A stretch of DNA of 60,210 nt from Methanosarcinales archaeon (GCA_025464325.1 JAODGH010000039.1:1-60210); one strand, 5' to 3'; numbered from the stretch's first letter, positions 27,453 through 37,427 are shown. Notes: generated by a model not told the origin, from the sequence alone. Made by a program: numbers and translations.

Positions 27453-27560
27453 AAATTTAGGTTGGGCATGGCACCATAAAAAGACCGGTGTTGATCCCGA
27501 CGAGCTTCGGCAAAGCGAGGTATGCTGTATGCAACCACCAGCATCATCGAATTCTAGTGT

Positions 27561-29246
27561 TTAATGCGTGAAATAAGCAACCACGAGATCAGAGGATACC
27601 GAATCTATCCGGACGAACCCATACCGCTCGAACTGCACGACCTTATCCAGCTCCGACGCGATCAACGGCTCGCCTATACCTTCATCATCGGTACCATCTG
27701 GCTTCTTTACTCGTACTTTTATACCTTTGTCAGGCACCCAGTGAATGATAAAGTCACCCTTCTTTGCTGTATCTTCAATAACCCTACCAATCGGTGGTTT
27801 TACTGATTCTATCACCACAGTACAGAGGTATTTCAGTCGTATGCGCTGACCCACCCGCAGTCTTGCATAATCATCACCAGCAATATAAACCCTGTTCCCG
27901 GTTCTTATTTCACGATAATCCGTCCTTGACGGATGTCGCAACGCCATAGCGACAAAGGTATCGCCACCCTGCAGCTCCATCGGTACCGGTCTCCTGACGA
28001 AGAAATAACGCATGGCATGAGGATCCACGATTTTACGGTTCTCTGCGTACAGGTTCTTCATACTGACCGAGATATCGTTCTGTGAGACGCCCATAGCGAT
28101 AAAGAACCTGCGAATTGCTTCAGGCTGGAATCCCCGGCGTCGCAGTGCACGTACGGTTGGCAATCTCGGATCGTCCCAGCCGTCATATTCACCGCGTTCT
28201 ATACCCCGTCTAAGTTCCGATGTACTGAACTTACCGAACTCAAGTACCCGTATCTTGCCCCATACCGCTGTTACTGGATATCGCCAGCCGAAATAGTCAT
28301 AAAGGAACCGCTGCCGCAACTCTGACTTCAGGAGATCCTTACCCCGTAATATATGCGTTATGCCCAGCACGTGGTCTTCTATCGCAGATTCGAAATCCAG
28401 CGTGGGCCACACAATATATCGCGCTCCAACACGTGGATGGTCCCGCTTCAATATCCTGAAAGCGACCCAATCCCGTAAAGCTGGATCGTCATTGCTCATA
28501 TCTGTCTTTATCCGCAGTACCGCCTCCTTCTCATCATAATCGCCCCTGAGCATCCTGTCCCAGTACTCCATATTCGACTCAGGTGCTGCTTCTCTATGCG
28601 GACATGCCACCTTACGGTCCTTATAAGCTCTGAATTCTTCCCGTGTGCAGAAGCAAACGTATGCGAAACCCCGATTTATCAGGTCTGCACCATATCGATA
28701 ATACAGCTCCATACGTTCTGATGCTACAATCACATCATCCGGTACGGCATCCAGCCATTTACAATCCTCCAGATACCACTTATAAGCCTCAGGCAACGGA
28801 CGTTTCAGTAACGGGTCCGTATCATCGAATCGCAGTATGAACCGCCCGTTGTACATCTTCGCATACTCAGAATTGACAATTATACCACGAGCACTGCCAA
28901 GCGTTGCGGCACCGTTTGGGTTGGGTGCGAATCGCATAACCACGCGTTTGACCTCGTCGTGCATCGGCAGTTCCGGCAGTTTCGGCTCAGCCTCATGCTT
29001 CGCAGCTTTGTCCGCCCGTTCTTCCATAGCCCCGGGTGCTATTCGCCTCAGTTCGACCGCCCACTCTTCTGCACTCATCGATTCTATCGCTTTTATCTCA
29101 TCTCGTACCAACCTGGAGATCTCTCGTGCTTCTTTCCTCAATTCCGGATGCTCGCCGAGTATCCTCTTCAGTACCGCATCTATTTGCGGCGGTTTGCCAT
29201 ATTTCAACGCGTTCTGCAATGCGTATCTCCGTATCTCTTCTCGCAT
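27561..29246 (-). CDS. gltX: Glutamyl-tRNA synthetase (archaeal type)
   Basis: 561 aa. Class I motifs RFAPNPNGAATLGSARG (HIGH-like) and KFSTS (KMSKS-like). Confidence 0.9.
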   Translation of the reverse strand: MREEIRRYALQNALKYGKPPQIDAVLKRILGEHPELRKEAREISRLVRDEIKAIESMSAEEWAVELRRIAPGAMEERADKAAKHEAEPKLPELPMHDEVKRVVMRFAPNPNGAATLGSARGIIVNSEYAKMYNGRFILRFDDTDPLLKRPLPEAYKWYLEDCKWLDAVPDDVIVASERMELYYRYGADLINRGFAYVCFCTREEFRAYKDRKVACPHREAAPESNMEYWDRMLRGDYDEKEAVLRIKTDMSNDDPALRDWVAFRILKRDHPRVGARYIVWPTLDFESAIEDHVLGITHILRGKDLLKSELRQRFLYDYFGWRYPVTAVWGKIRVLEFGKFSTSELRRGIERGEYDGWDDPRLPTVRALRRRGFQPEAIRRFFIAMGVSQNDISVSMKNLYAENRKIVDPHAMRYFFVRRPVPMELQGGDTFVAMALRHPSRTDYREIRTGNRVYIAGDDYARLRVGQRIRLKYLCTVVIESVKPPIGRVIEDTAKKGDFIIHWVPDKGIKVRVKKPDGTDDEGIGEPLIASELDKVVQFERYGFVRIDSVSSDLVVAYFTH

Positions 29247-29333
29247 CGTTACTACCTGCCTGCAAACAGACCGATTTAAAAGTGTACAATGCTTATACTA
29301 TAAAACACGAGGATATAACATAACAATAAATAC

Positions 29334-30779
29334 ATGGTACAAGCGATGAAAAGCGATGTGAAAATCGGTCTGGAGTGTCACGCCCAACTTCTCACCCGCT
29401 CGAAATTGTTCTGCCCGTGCCCCACGGACTATCATAATGCCGACCCGAACACGCACGTATGCCCGATCTGCCTGGGTTTGCCGGGTGCACTCCCAGCAGT
29501 GAATGCGATGGCGGTACGGTACGCTATAAAAGTAGCACTTGCTCTGGGCTGTGAAGTGCAGCCGGAGATAATATTCTATCGTAAGAACTATTACTATCCC
29601 GATCTGCCAAGAGGTTTCCAGATAACCCAGTACGATTTCCCCATTGCATTCAACGGCATGGTACGAATAGAGAGCGATGGCGGGGAACGAGAGATACGGA
29701 TAAGACGTGTGCATCTCGAAGAAGATCCCGGCAGACTGATATATAAAGGCACAATTGACACTGCCAGGCATTCGCTCGTTGATTATAACCGCTCGGGTAT
29801 ACCCCTTGTCGAGATAGTGACCGAGCCAGACCTCAGATCACCGAAAGAAGCGAGGGTGTTTCTCAACAAATTGAGGAGCATTCTGGAATACCTGGGCGTA
29901 TTCAATGGTGATCTTGAGGGGGCAATGCGCGTCGATGCCAACATATCACTTGCCGGTGGTGAACGTGCCGAGGTCAAGAACATATCATCATACAAGGGTG
30001 TGGAACGTGCGTTATCGTTTGAGATCACGAGACAGCGTAACCTGTTAAGGCGGAATTTGTCGGTAAAGCAGGAGACACGTCACTATGATGAAGTGCGCGG
30101 GATAACCATTTCAATGCGTACAAAAGAGTTTGAGGAGGATTATCGCTACTTCCCCGAGCCCGATCTCGTGCCCATTCGTATCGCGGAATACGTACCAGAA
30201 CTGAAAGCTGAGATACCCGAGTTACCGGACGAGAGGCGGAAACGATTCATAATCCAATACTCCATAACGCCTGAACACGCCACTGCACTCACGTATGATA
30301 AACTCATAGCGGACTTTTATGAGGCGGTGGCATCGGAAATCGATCCCAAACTGAGTGCTACATGGATCGCCGATGTTCTGAAGGGTGAATTGAATTACCG
30401 GTCTATAACAATGCGAGAGGCGATGGACAGACTTTCACCGGACGATTTCGTGACCATCCTGCGCCACCTTGAACGGGGTGTAATCACGGAGCGAGGTGCA
30501 ACGGTGGTTATAAGGGAGATACTTGACCGGGGCGGTAAACCCGAAGAGATAATAAAACGCAAGAAACTGGCGCGTATCAGTTCGGCAGAGATGCAACAGG
30601 CGATAGATGCGGTGCTAAACGATAAAGAGAATACAGGTGCAATATCGGATTATCTCGCGGGTAAGAGCGAAGCGTTGAATTTCCTCGTCGGGCAGGTGAT
30701 GAAATATACACGCGGGCGGGCAGAGCCCAAAGAGGTCCGCAGTATGTTAGAGAATGCTCTCAGGAATGCATCCGGATAG
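29334..30779 (+). CDS. gatB: Aspartyl/glutamyl-tRNA amidotransferase subunit B
   Basis: 481 aa. Motifs KIGLECHAQLLTRSKLFCPCPT, RVHLEEDPG and a C-terminal YqeY-like tail. Confidence 0.9.
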   Translation: MVQAMKSDVKIGLECHAQLLTRSKLFCPCPTDYHNADPNTHVCPICLGLPGALPAVNAMAVRYAIKVALALGCEVQPEIIFYRKNYYYPDLPRGFQITQYDFPIAFNGMVRIESDGGEREIRIRRVHLEEDPGRLIYKGTIDTARHSLVDYNRSGIPLVEIVTEPDLRSPKEARVFLNKLRSILEYLGVFNGDLEGAMRVDANISLAGGERAEVKNISSYKGVERALSFEITRQRNLLRRNLSVKQETRHYDEVRGITISMRTKEFEEDYRYFPEPDLVPIRIAEYVPELKAEIPELPDERRKRFIIQYSITPEHATALTYDKLIADFYEAVASEIDPKLSATWIADVLKGELNYRSITMREAMDRLSPDDFVTILRHLERGVITERGATVVIREILDRGGKPEEIIKRKKLARISSAEMQQAIDAVLNDKENTGAISDYLAGKSEALNFLVGQVMKYTRGRAEPKEVRSMLENALRNASG

Positions 30780-32100
30780 ACTTATAGCGAGTCCGGAACT
30801 GGAGAGACGGCTGGGTATCTGGTATTACGCCACACGGACGGAAGGCATTGGCGGTATTATAAAGCAGATCCCTTCTGACTTCGTCGTTCGTGAAGTGACC
30901 AATCGAGCTGAGAAGGACACGGGTGAATTCCTGATTGTCGAACTCAAAAAGGAGAATTGGGATACCAACAGTGTGATAAGGGAGATATCGAGGCGATTGG
31001 GCATCAGCAGGAATCGGATAGGGTTCGCGGGTACCAAGGACAAATTCGCTGTTACAATACAGAAGCTCAGCATCCGGGGCATAAATGATGAGGATCTGAA
31101 GCGAGTAAGACTCGCAGATGTGACATTACGGATATTGGGGCGGTCAAATAAGCCGGTATCACTCGGCGACCTCTATGGCAATGAATTTGACATCGTCATT
31201 CGCGGTCTGAAAGGCAGTGAGAACGAGATACTTACTAAGATCGATTCTATCTCAAAAGAGATCGAGACACTCGGTGGCGTGCCCAATTACTTCGGGCTTC
31301 AGCGTTTCGGGATCAGACGTCCAATAACGCACCTTGTGGGTGAGCATCTTTTGCGGGGTGATATAAAAGCCGCGGTGATGACCTATCTCTCGTACATATC
31401 GCCGGACGAAAGTGAGGCTGTGAGACGAGCGAGGGAGCTGTGTCGTGAGGGTGATTTCAAAGAATGCTTGAAACAAATGCCGCTACGCTACGAACGAGCG
31501 TTACTGAACGCGCTGGTAAAGGCAAAAGGAAGTCCCGGTGAAGCCGATTATGTCGCAGCTTTACGAGCGTTACCACAGAACCTGCAGAAGCTATTCATAC
31601 ATGCGTATCAGGCTTATCTATTCAATATCGTACTGAGCAAGCGTATGGAAAAACAGATCCCCCTTAATGAAGCTGTGGTTGGCGATGTGGTCTGCTACCG
31701 CAATGAATCCGGTTTTGCCGATCCGGGCAGGATCGAACGTGTGACCGCAGACAAAGTAGAAGCGATAAATCGACTGATACGACATGGTAGAGCCTTTGTC
31801 ACCGCACCGATATTTGGGTTCGCGATCGAATTGGGTACGGGTCCCGCGGGGGATATAGAGCGAGAGGTTCTGGACGAAGCGGGTATAAAGCTATCAGATT
31901 TCCGGACTATAGTGCCCGGTATGAGCTCTAAGGGCACGAGACGACCGATCATAGTGCCAGTAAAGGTCAAATGCGTCGAATTAGCACCTGATGAGCTCAA
32001 TCATGGCTGTAAACGGTTGAAATTGCATTTTTTCCTGCCAAAGGGTTCTTATGCCACTGTCGTACTACGTGAGTATATGAAATGCGTACATAGCGCCTAA
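30754..32100 (+). CDS. truD: tRNA pseudouridine synthase TruD/Pus7-type
   Basis: 448 aa. Motifs PSDFVVREV and GFAGTKDKFAVTIQ. The start may instead be the ATG at 30766. Confidence 0.85.
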   Translation: MLSGMHPDRLIASPELERRLGIWYYATRTEGIGGIIKQIPSDFVVREVTNRAEKDTGEFLIVELKKENWDTNSVIREISRRLGISRNRIGFAGTKDKFAVTIQKLSIRGINDEDLKRVRLADVTLRILGRSNKPVSLGDLYGNEFDIVIRGLKGSENEILTKIDSISKEIETLGGVPNYFGLQRFGIRRPITHLVGEHLLRGDIKAAVMTYLSYISPDESEAVRRARELCREGDFKECLKQMPLRYERALLNALVKAKGSPGEADYVAALRALPQNLQKLFIHAYQAYLFNIVLSKRMEKQIPLNEAVVGDVVCYRNESGFADPGRIERVTADKVEAINRLIRHGRAFVTAPIFGFAIELGTGPAGDIEREVLDEAGIKLSDFRTIVPGMSSKGTRRPIIVPVKVKCVELAPDELNHGCKRLKLHFFLPKGSYATVVLREYMKCVHSA

Positions 32101-32273
32101 AACTATCTTCAATAGCAAGTGGAAAGCTATTTATCAGGATTGTGCCTCTTTTATAAGGAAATAGAATATGAGTGCGCCCTGTATTTCCCATTATAATGAA
32201 CTTCCCTTTCCGGGCATGGACCGAGTCGCGGAATTGGTTCATTTCTCTGTGCCTGATCGGAGTGCTATGCGGG

Positions 32274-32783
32274 ATGAATAGTGATAGAGATATACTGGCA
32301 GAACAGGCGGTAGAAGTTGAGAGTCTTGGTGAGTTGTCGCCGGAATGGTATCTGCAGAATTTGATATCACAGACGTTGGTGAGGTTGGTGGAACAATCGG
32401 ATGTCGAAACGCTGCTTGACGAGGATACTGTTATAGCAGCAGTGAATGACGCGTTCATCGCGCACGGGTTCAGGGTACGGACCGATATGATAAGGGCTTT
32501 GCTCTACAAGCCCAAACTGAAACCTGAGGAGCTGGCTATCTTAAATTCCGACTGTAACTGGCTGGCACGTAACATAAAAGCACGACTTGGTGATTATAAT
32601 GCATTACTCAATTTTATCAAACTCCTATCATGGACCACCAACATAAAGTCACAGCATCCGGTAGAGGCGCGCTGGCCGGTACTAAAAGCGGTGACACTAT
32701 TGACCCGGGAGGATCAGGCGAAACTAATCGCCATTCTCGCTGATACCGGTCCTTCGTTACAGACCGACACGCTGATATATTGA
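32274..32783 (+). CDS. Hypothetical acidic helical protein (about 169 aa)
   Basis: The ORF is open from the GTG at 32172. I prefer the ATG at 32274 (MNSDRDIL). No family recognised. Confidence 0.4.
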   Translation: MNSDRDILAEQAVEVESLGELSPEWYLQNLISQTLVRLVEQSDVETLLDEDTVIAAVNDAFIAHGFRVRTDMIRALLYKPKLKPEELAILNSDCNWLARNIKARLGDYNALLNFIKLLSWTTNIKSQHPVEARWPVLKAVTLLTREDQAKLIAILADTGPSLQTDTLIY

Positions 32784-32802
32784 GCCGTACTTCCCATATG
32801 GT

Positions 32803-34566
32803 GTGTGCAGTCGTGGCGGTAAGGACAGGATTGAGCCGCTGGACTGGAGCAGGGTGATAAAGAACATAAAAGAATACACAAGGTTTGAGGTGACGGTTGC
32901 CGGTAAACGGGTCGAGACGATTGTATATTCTGGTGAGACGATCGGGGAAGGGATAAGAGTATTTCTCATCCGGGACAGTGCGAACTATTACGTTAGGCTG
33001 CTGTATTATTTCGGTGGCGAATACACGAGCTGGGAGGACTTTTCTGAATTCTTCTCACGTGCTGCGTTTAGATTGATCGTGATGGAAGAGGAGCGGACGT
33101 TCAGGAATAATGACGGGATGGAATACATACCACCCATCGTACACACAAATGAGGCTCAGACTGCACTGGTGAATGTACTGAGGTTCATAGAGACGCCGGA
33201 ATTCATGAACGAGGCGCTATTCTGGTTCACCACTCACACATACGGTAACCGTGGGATATTCAGTAGAGAGGACGGAATGCGGATATTGAATGGCTGGGGC
33301 GTTCCCGATTCCATGAAATGGTGGTTTATGCGTGCCGGTGTGGTAGACATAAGCAGTGGTGGGATAAGGTCTGCCGACGGTGTAAACGGTGTGAGCGAGC
33401 TGCAGGTAGAAGAGGTGAAGGGCTATGACGAGGGCGTACCAATGGTATCCATAACCAACGGTGATGATAGAAGTCACACGGCAGCCGAATTTCGTAAGGT
33501 GTTCCAGGGCTCGTTCCCGGATGCCGATCTTGATTATCCGGAGCCATGGCAGATACTGGTTGCGAAACGTATGGCAAAGGTCAAATTCGGGTTGAATCCG
33601 TATCAGCCCGTGATATCCTATTCTGGCAGGCTGGTGGATGAGAAAGCGGGTCGTAAGCGCGCATTCACCGATGATAACATCGAAGCACTGGTGAAAATGG
33701 GCGTACAGGTCATCATTTTTGGTAATGTACAGCCAGGAGAGGGAAGCAGGAGGATATACACGGGACTAAAAGAGCTTCTGAGCCGGCTGAACGTTAAGAA
33801 CTACCCCGGTAAATTCATACTATCGGGCAGATTCACGATAGAGGAGCAGATAGCTCTTTTAGCTGTTACCGATATCCAGGTTCAGGATTCTGATCGTGGT
33901 ACCGAAGCTGCGGGATATACCGAAGCGGATATATCTGCGAATGGTGGGCTCGTACTCGGACCCCCCTACAAAGAGGGCATCATACAGGCACAGGGCGAGA
34001 TGATCAACTTCGCCATACCTGGTGACGGTAACACTGCAATACCCGCGAATCCAAAGCCAGACAGCTATCTCGCAGTTCTCAAAAGGCTGATAAAGCAGAA
34101 ACCTCTCGATTTGGCGAAGTACCAGGCTACTTCTGTCCGTCTCAGTCGCATACTGGAAGCGGACCTCACCGCGGCTGAGTACCTGAGGCAGTGGGATGAA
34201 GCACTGAAGAGCGAGGGTGGTATCGCAATAGAAGATTCAAGGGCGTTAAACGATGTGGTGACGCTCAGACCGGGCGAGAGCTGCCAGGTAACGGCGCTGG
34301 TGCGTTTAAAGTCGGGAGTGCCACTGGAAGAAGTGCTTGTGCAGGTCTGGACAAACGCGACGGAGAACGGTAACTGGGCGCCGAAGAACATGCATCTCGA
34401 AACCAAGGAGGGCGATAAGTACATATACAAATGCACGATAAGCCCACCACGTTCTGGCGTCTTCGAATATACCTTAAGAGCGTCTCCGGACTTCGGTAAG
34501 AGCTGGCAATGGGCTGGTAAACCGGGTGAGAACCGCGTTATACGGGTGACAGAACACGATCAATGA
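32803..34566 (+). CDS. Divergent GT-B glucan phosphorylase/glycogen-synthase-like protein with a beta-rich C-terminal domain
   Basis: 587 aa with a GTG start. Motifs resemble the alpha-glucan phosphorylase family: IVHTNEAQTAL (cf. H-x-NEGH-x-A), FTTHTYGNRG (cf. FTTHTPVPAG), GVNGVSELQ, SITNGDD, and TEAAGYTEADISANGGL (cf. EASGTSGMK-x-x-x-NG). Confidence 0.5.
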   Translation: MCSRGGKDRIEPLDWSRVIKNIKEYTRFEVTVAGKRVETIVYSGETIGEGIRVFLIRDSANYYVRLLYYFGGEYTSWEDFSEFFSRAAFRLIVMEEERTFRNNDGMEYIPPIVHTNEAQTALVNVLRFIETPEFMNEALFWFTTHTYGNRGIFSREDGMRILNGWGVPDSMKWWFMRAGVVDISSGGIRSADGVNGVSELQVEEVKGYDEGVPMVSITNGDDRSHTAAEFRKVFQGSFPDADLDYPEPWQILVAKRMAKVKFGLNPYQPVISYSGRLVDEKAGRKRAFTDDNIEALVKMGVQVIIFGNVQPGEGSRRIYTGLKELLSRLNVKNYPGKFILSGRFTIEEQIALLAVTDIQVQDSDRGTEAAGYTEADISANGGLVLGPPYKEGIIQAQGEMINFAIPGDGNTAIPANPKPDSYLAVLKRLIKQKPLDLAKYQATSVRLSRILEADLTAAEYLRQWDEALKSEGGIAIEDSRALNDVVTLRPGESCQVTALVRLKSGVPLEEVLVQVWTNATENGNWAPKNMHLETKEGDKYIYKCTISPPRSGVFEYTLRASPDFGKSWQWAGKPGENRVIRVTEHDQ

Positions 34567-35486
34567 TGGTTGTACCTGTCCCTCAATTTATCCAGATGAT
34601 CGTGGGTGTGCTCGTGGATGTGTAGATGTATGTGCCCTTCATGTGTCTCTGCAACCTTCGTCAGTTGCTTAATCGCTTCATCTATTGAGAGCGGTAGATC
34701 TTCGCAGTTGTAACCAAAACACCGCAACACTTCGAACAGCTTGAATATCTCGGGTACTTCCAGGTTGTTCGCCTTTATCAGTTCGAAATCCGAGAATATC
34801 TCCTGTGGCGTACCTTCTGCAATTATCGTTTTATTCAGTACGTATACACGATCCATCAGGTCTGGAATGGCATTTACGTCATGTGTGGAAATTATTATCG
34901 TTTTTCCCTCATTATTCAATTCTCTTATTATTCCTATCAATTCAGAGCGACTCTTCGGATCTAAATCCGATGTGGGTTCATCCATGAGTATCACTTCCGG
35001 GTCTATACTGAGTATCGCCGCTATTGCAGCTTTCCTCTTCTCCCCTCCACTCAGGTTGTATGGATGCTTGTCTTTTAGTCCCACGATGTTCAGGAGCTTA
35101 AGAGCTCGTTCCACACGCTCATCTATTTCTTCTCCTGGAATATCCAGGTGTTGTGGCCCAAATGCGACATCGTCATAGACCGTTGGAGAAAACAGTTCTA
35201 TGTCGGGATCTTGGAAAACGAAGCCTACCTTACTCCTGAATTCATATATCTCTTTACTGTTCAGCGTTGCACTGTTAAGGACCTTACCAAATGCCCTTAC
35301 ACTGCCACGAGATGCGGGAATCAACCCATCGAGAATTTTAAGTAGCGTGGTCTTTCCTCCACCGTTTGGGCCCAGGATTGCCACCCGCTCCCCCTCGTAT
35401 ATCTCCATGCTCACATTTCTCAGTGCTTCTGACCCTGTGGGATAATAGTAGAACACATCATCAAGTTCAAAAATTGCTTTTTTCAC
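34560..35486 (-). CDS. cbiO: ECF/cobalt-type ABC transporter ATPase with a His-rich C-terminal tail
   Basis: 308 aa. Walker A GPNGGGKTT, signature LSGGEKRK, Walker B ILMDEP. The tail is ETHEGHIHLHIHEHTHDHLDKLRDRYNHH. Confidence 0.85.
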   Translation of the reverse strand: MKKAIFELDDVFYYYPTGSEALRNVSMEIYEGERVAILGPNGGGKTTLLKILDGLIPASRGSVRAFGKVLNSATLNSKEIYEFRSKVGFVFQDPDIELFSPTVYDDVAFGPQHLDIPGEEIDERVERALKLLNIVGLKDKHPYNLSGGEKRKAAIAAILSIDPEVILMDEPTSDLDPKSRSELIGIIRELNNEGKTIIISTHDVNAIPDLMDRVYVLNKTIIAEGTPQEIFSDFELIKANNLEVPEIFKLFEVLRCFGYNCEDLPLSIDEAIKQLTKVAETHEGHIHLHIHEHTHDHLDKLRDRYNHH

Positions 35487-36362
35487 TTATGCTATCACCT
35501 CTGTGATTAATGCAAAAATACAAAAACCTATTATGGATGATAAAAATATATAATCACGCAGACCGGGTGGACGAGAATCAGAGCGGATATTCTTGTATTC
35601 ACCACCAAACCCCCGCGAAAGCATAGCCAGATAGATATTCTCACTCATGTCATAGGATTTGATGAACAGAGCTCCGAGAATGCCTGCATTCAGTTTCCAG
35701 CTTTTCACCGCTTTCTCCTTTCCAATTACCCGGCTCTTACGCGATAACAACATCTTGGACACCAGATCAAGCAACAGGAAGATGTATCGATATGACATCC
35801 CCATGATCAGCACAAACATCTTCGGGAATCTCAATGCTGTAAGCGTACTTACGAGATCAGACCATCGTGTGGTGAGCATGAGCAAGATTGCAAATGACAC
35901 TGCGGTTGTTACACGCGCTAAGAACGTGGATGCCCAAAATACACCCTCTCGCGTTATTTCTATTCTCGAAAACGGTCTGAGTAGTGGCAGGTGTATCACT
36001 CGCTGGAAATCGTAGAGCACGAGTAGCGGTGTTCCCTCAACCGGCTGAAAAACATTGAAGATGTATGGTAATGCAATGATGCCAGTAAATACAGGGATAA
36101 ACAGCAATACTCTGGGCAAATAAGATCTGAGTGGAATGCGCGATAATGCTGCTAACATGAGAGATACTGAGAAGAATACTATGATAAGATACACGTTACG
36201 AGCGAAGATGTTGGCGGTGATGAGTACCATAAACGCTATGAACTTCACTTTTGTGTCTATTGCCTGTAGTAAACCTTTCCGTTTTGCATATTCTTCAGAA
36301 AATACCGCGTCCCGTATATAATCAACGATTTCCGCGAGGGTCTTATCCACAAATTTGCTCAT
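35487..36362 (-). CDS. cbiQ: ECF transporter transmembrane (T) component
   Basis: 291 aa, polytopic. It sits between cbiO and the cbiM/N-type genes and contains a conserved Arg-rich loop (MLLSRKSRV). Confidence 0.8.
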   Translation of the reverse strand: MSKFVDKTLAEIVDYIRDAVFSEEYAKRKGLLQAIDTKVKFIAFMVLITANIFARNVYLIIVFFSVSLMLAALSRIPLRSYLPRVLLFIPVFTGIIALPYIFNVFQPVEGTPLLVLYDFQRVIHLPLLRPFSRIEITREGVFWASTFLARVTTAVSFAILLMLTTRWSDLVSTLTALRFPKMFVLIMGMSYRYIFLLLDLVSKMLLSRKSRVIGKEKAVKSWKLNAGILGALFIKSYDMSENIYLAMLSRGFGGEYKNIRSDSRPPGLRDYIFLSSIIGFCIFALITEVIA

Positions 36363-36443
36363 TTTCGGCTAATATAATATCTCCTTTGTCTAAAAGAGTG
36401 GCATAAGAATAGCATAACAAAAATAACGAATAAAGGGAGATTG

Positions 36444-36758
36444 CTACATCCCCCTATGCAGCTCTATCGCCTTTACTATACCGAGAACTACGAGCATGGT
36501 AAGTGCTATCCCAATTATCGCAGAGATCCAGTAGCCAATCGATGCCATCAGTTTGTTATCCCAGCCTTCAACATTGTAATCTGGTAAGGGCGCACCGAAA
36601 TATGACCGCGGTGTCCAGTTTATCCCGTGCGCGGTATCTTGAACTTCGCCCCACTCGCCCCACGCATCGCCACAGTTCCATGTAGCAAGGATACCAATAG
36701 GCACAATTGCCACGAAAAAGCCCATCACTATCAGTGCTTTCTTAACCCATGATTCCAT
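36444..36758 (-). CDS. Small two-TM component in the CbiN position (PDGLE-domain-like rather than canonical CbiN)
   Basis: 104 aa. TM helices at both ends flank a Trp/Gly-rich loop (NCGDAWGEWGEV...APLPDYNVEGW). Confidence 0.55.
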   Translation of the reverse strand: MESWVKKALIVMGFFVAIVPIGILATWNCGDAWGEWGEVQDTAHGINWTPRSYFGAPLPDYNVEGWDNKLMASIGYWISAIIGIALTMLVVLGIVKAIELHRGM

Positions 36759-36770
36759 TTCTTAACCCAT
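36738..36770. repeat. 13-bp direct repeat (tttcttaacccat) x2, separated by 7 bp, at the cbiM stop / next-gene start
   Basis: Read directly: 36738-36750 is identical to 36758-36770. Confidence 0.9.
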
Positions 36771-37427
36771 CACCCCCGGTGTCTTCCTACCGAGCTCGAG
36801 CAAATCCGGTCTGCTTTTCGCCAGATAGCCTACCACTACAGAGGTTACCACCGCTGCTACGGGTCCTGCAGTGGTGATATGCGCAAATGCCATTGCGGGT
36901 ATGGACAGGTTAAGTCCGTAGGGGCAGTATCCCGGTGCGATATATGGCTGAATTCCGAACTCTATCGCGGCGAATATCGCAGCGACGTTGATTGCAATGT
37001 ATGCAGCTATTCCTGATGCGACCACTTTACCTGCTCGCTCTTCAAGAGCACGGTAGATATAGTACCCAACGAATGGGAGTACGAACGCCATATTGAAACA
37101 GTTGGCACCTAACGCTGTTATTCCGCCATCGCCGAAGAAGAACGCCTGTATCACCAAAGCCACGGTAATACCAATCACAGCAGCCCAGGGACCGAGAATT
37201 ATCGCAAACAATGTACCACCGACCATGTGTGCTGTTGTGCCATCCGGGACGGGCCAGTTGAACATCATCACAAGGAAAGAAGCCGCCGAGAGAACTGCAA
37301 GCATTGGTACTTCCTTTGGCCCCAGTTGCTCTCCTACCTTCCTAAATGCTATCGCCCACACCGGTATCATCACTGCAAACATCACCGCAGACGTTAAAGG
37401 ACCCAGGTATCCATCGGGTATATGCAT
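36762..37427 (-). CDS. cbiM: Cobalt/nickel ECF substrate-capture component
   Basis: 221 aa. The N-terminus MHIPDGYL is characteristic of CbiM/NikM. A ggaggtg lies about 14 nt upstream. Confidence 0.85.
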   Translation of the reverse strand: MHIPDGYLGPLTSAVMFAVMIPVWAIAFRKVGEQLGPKEVPMLAVLSAASFLVMMFNWPVPDGTTAHMVGGTLFAIILGPWAAVIGITVALVIQAFFFGDGGITALGANCFNMAFVLPFVGYYIYRALEERAGKVVASGIAAYIAINVAAIFAAIEFGIQPYIAPGYCPYGLNLSIPAMAFAHITTAGPVAAVVTSVVVGYLAKSRPDLLELGRKTPGVMG

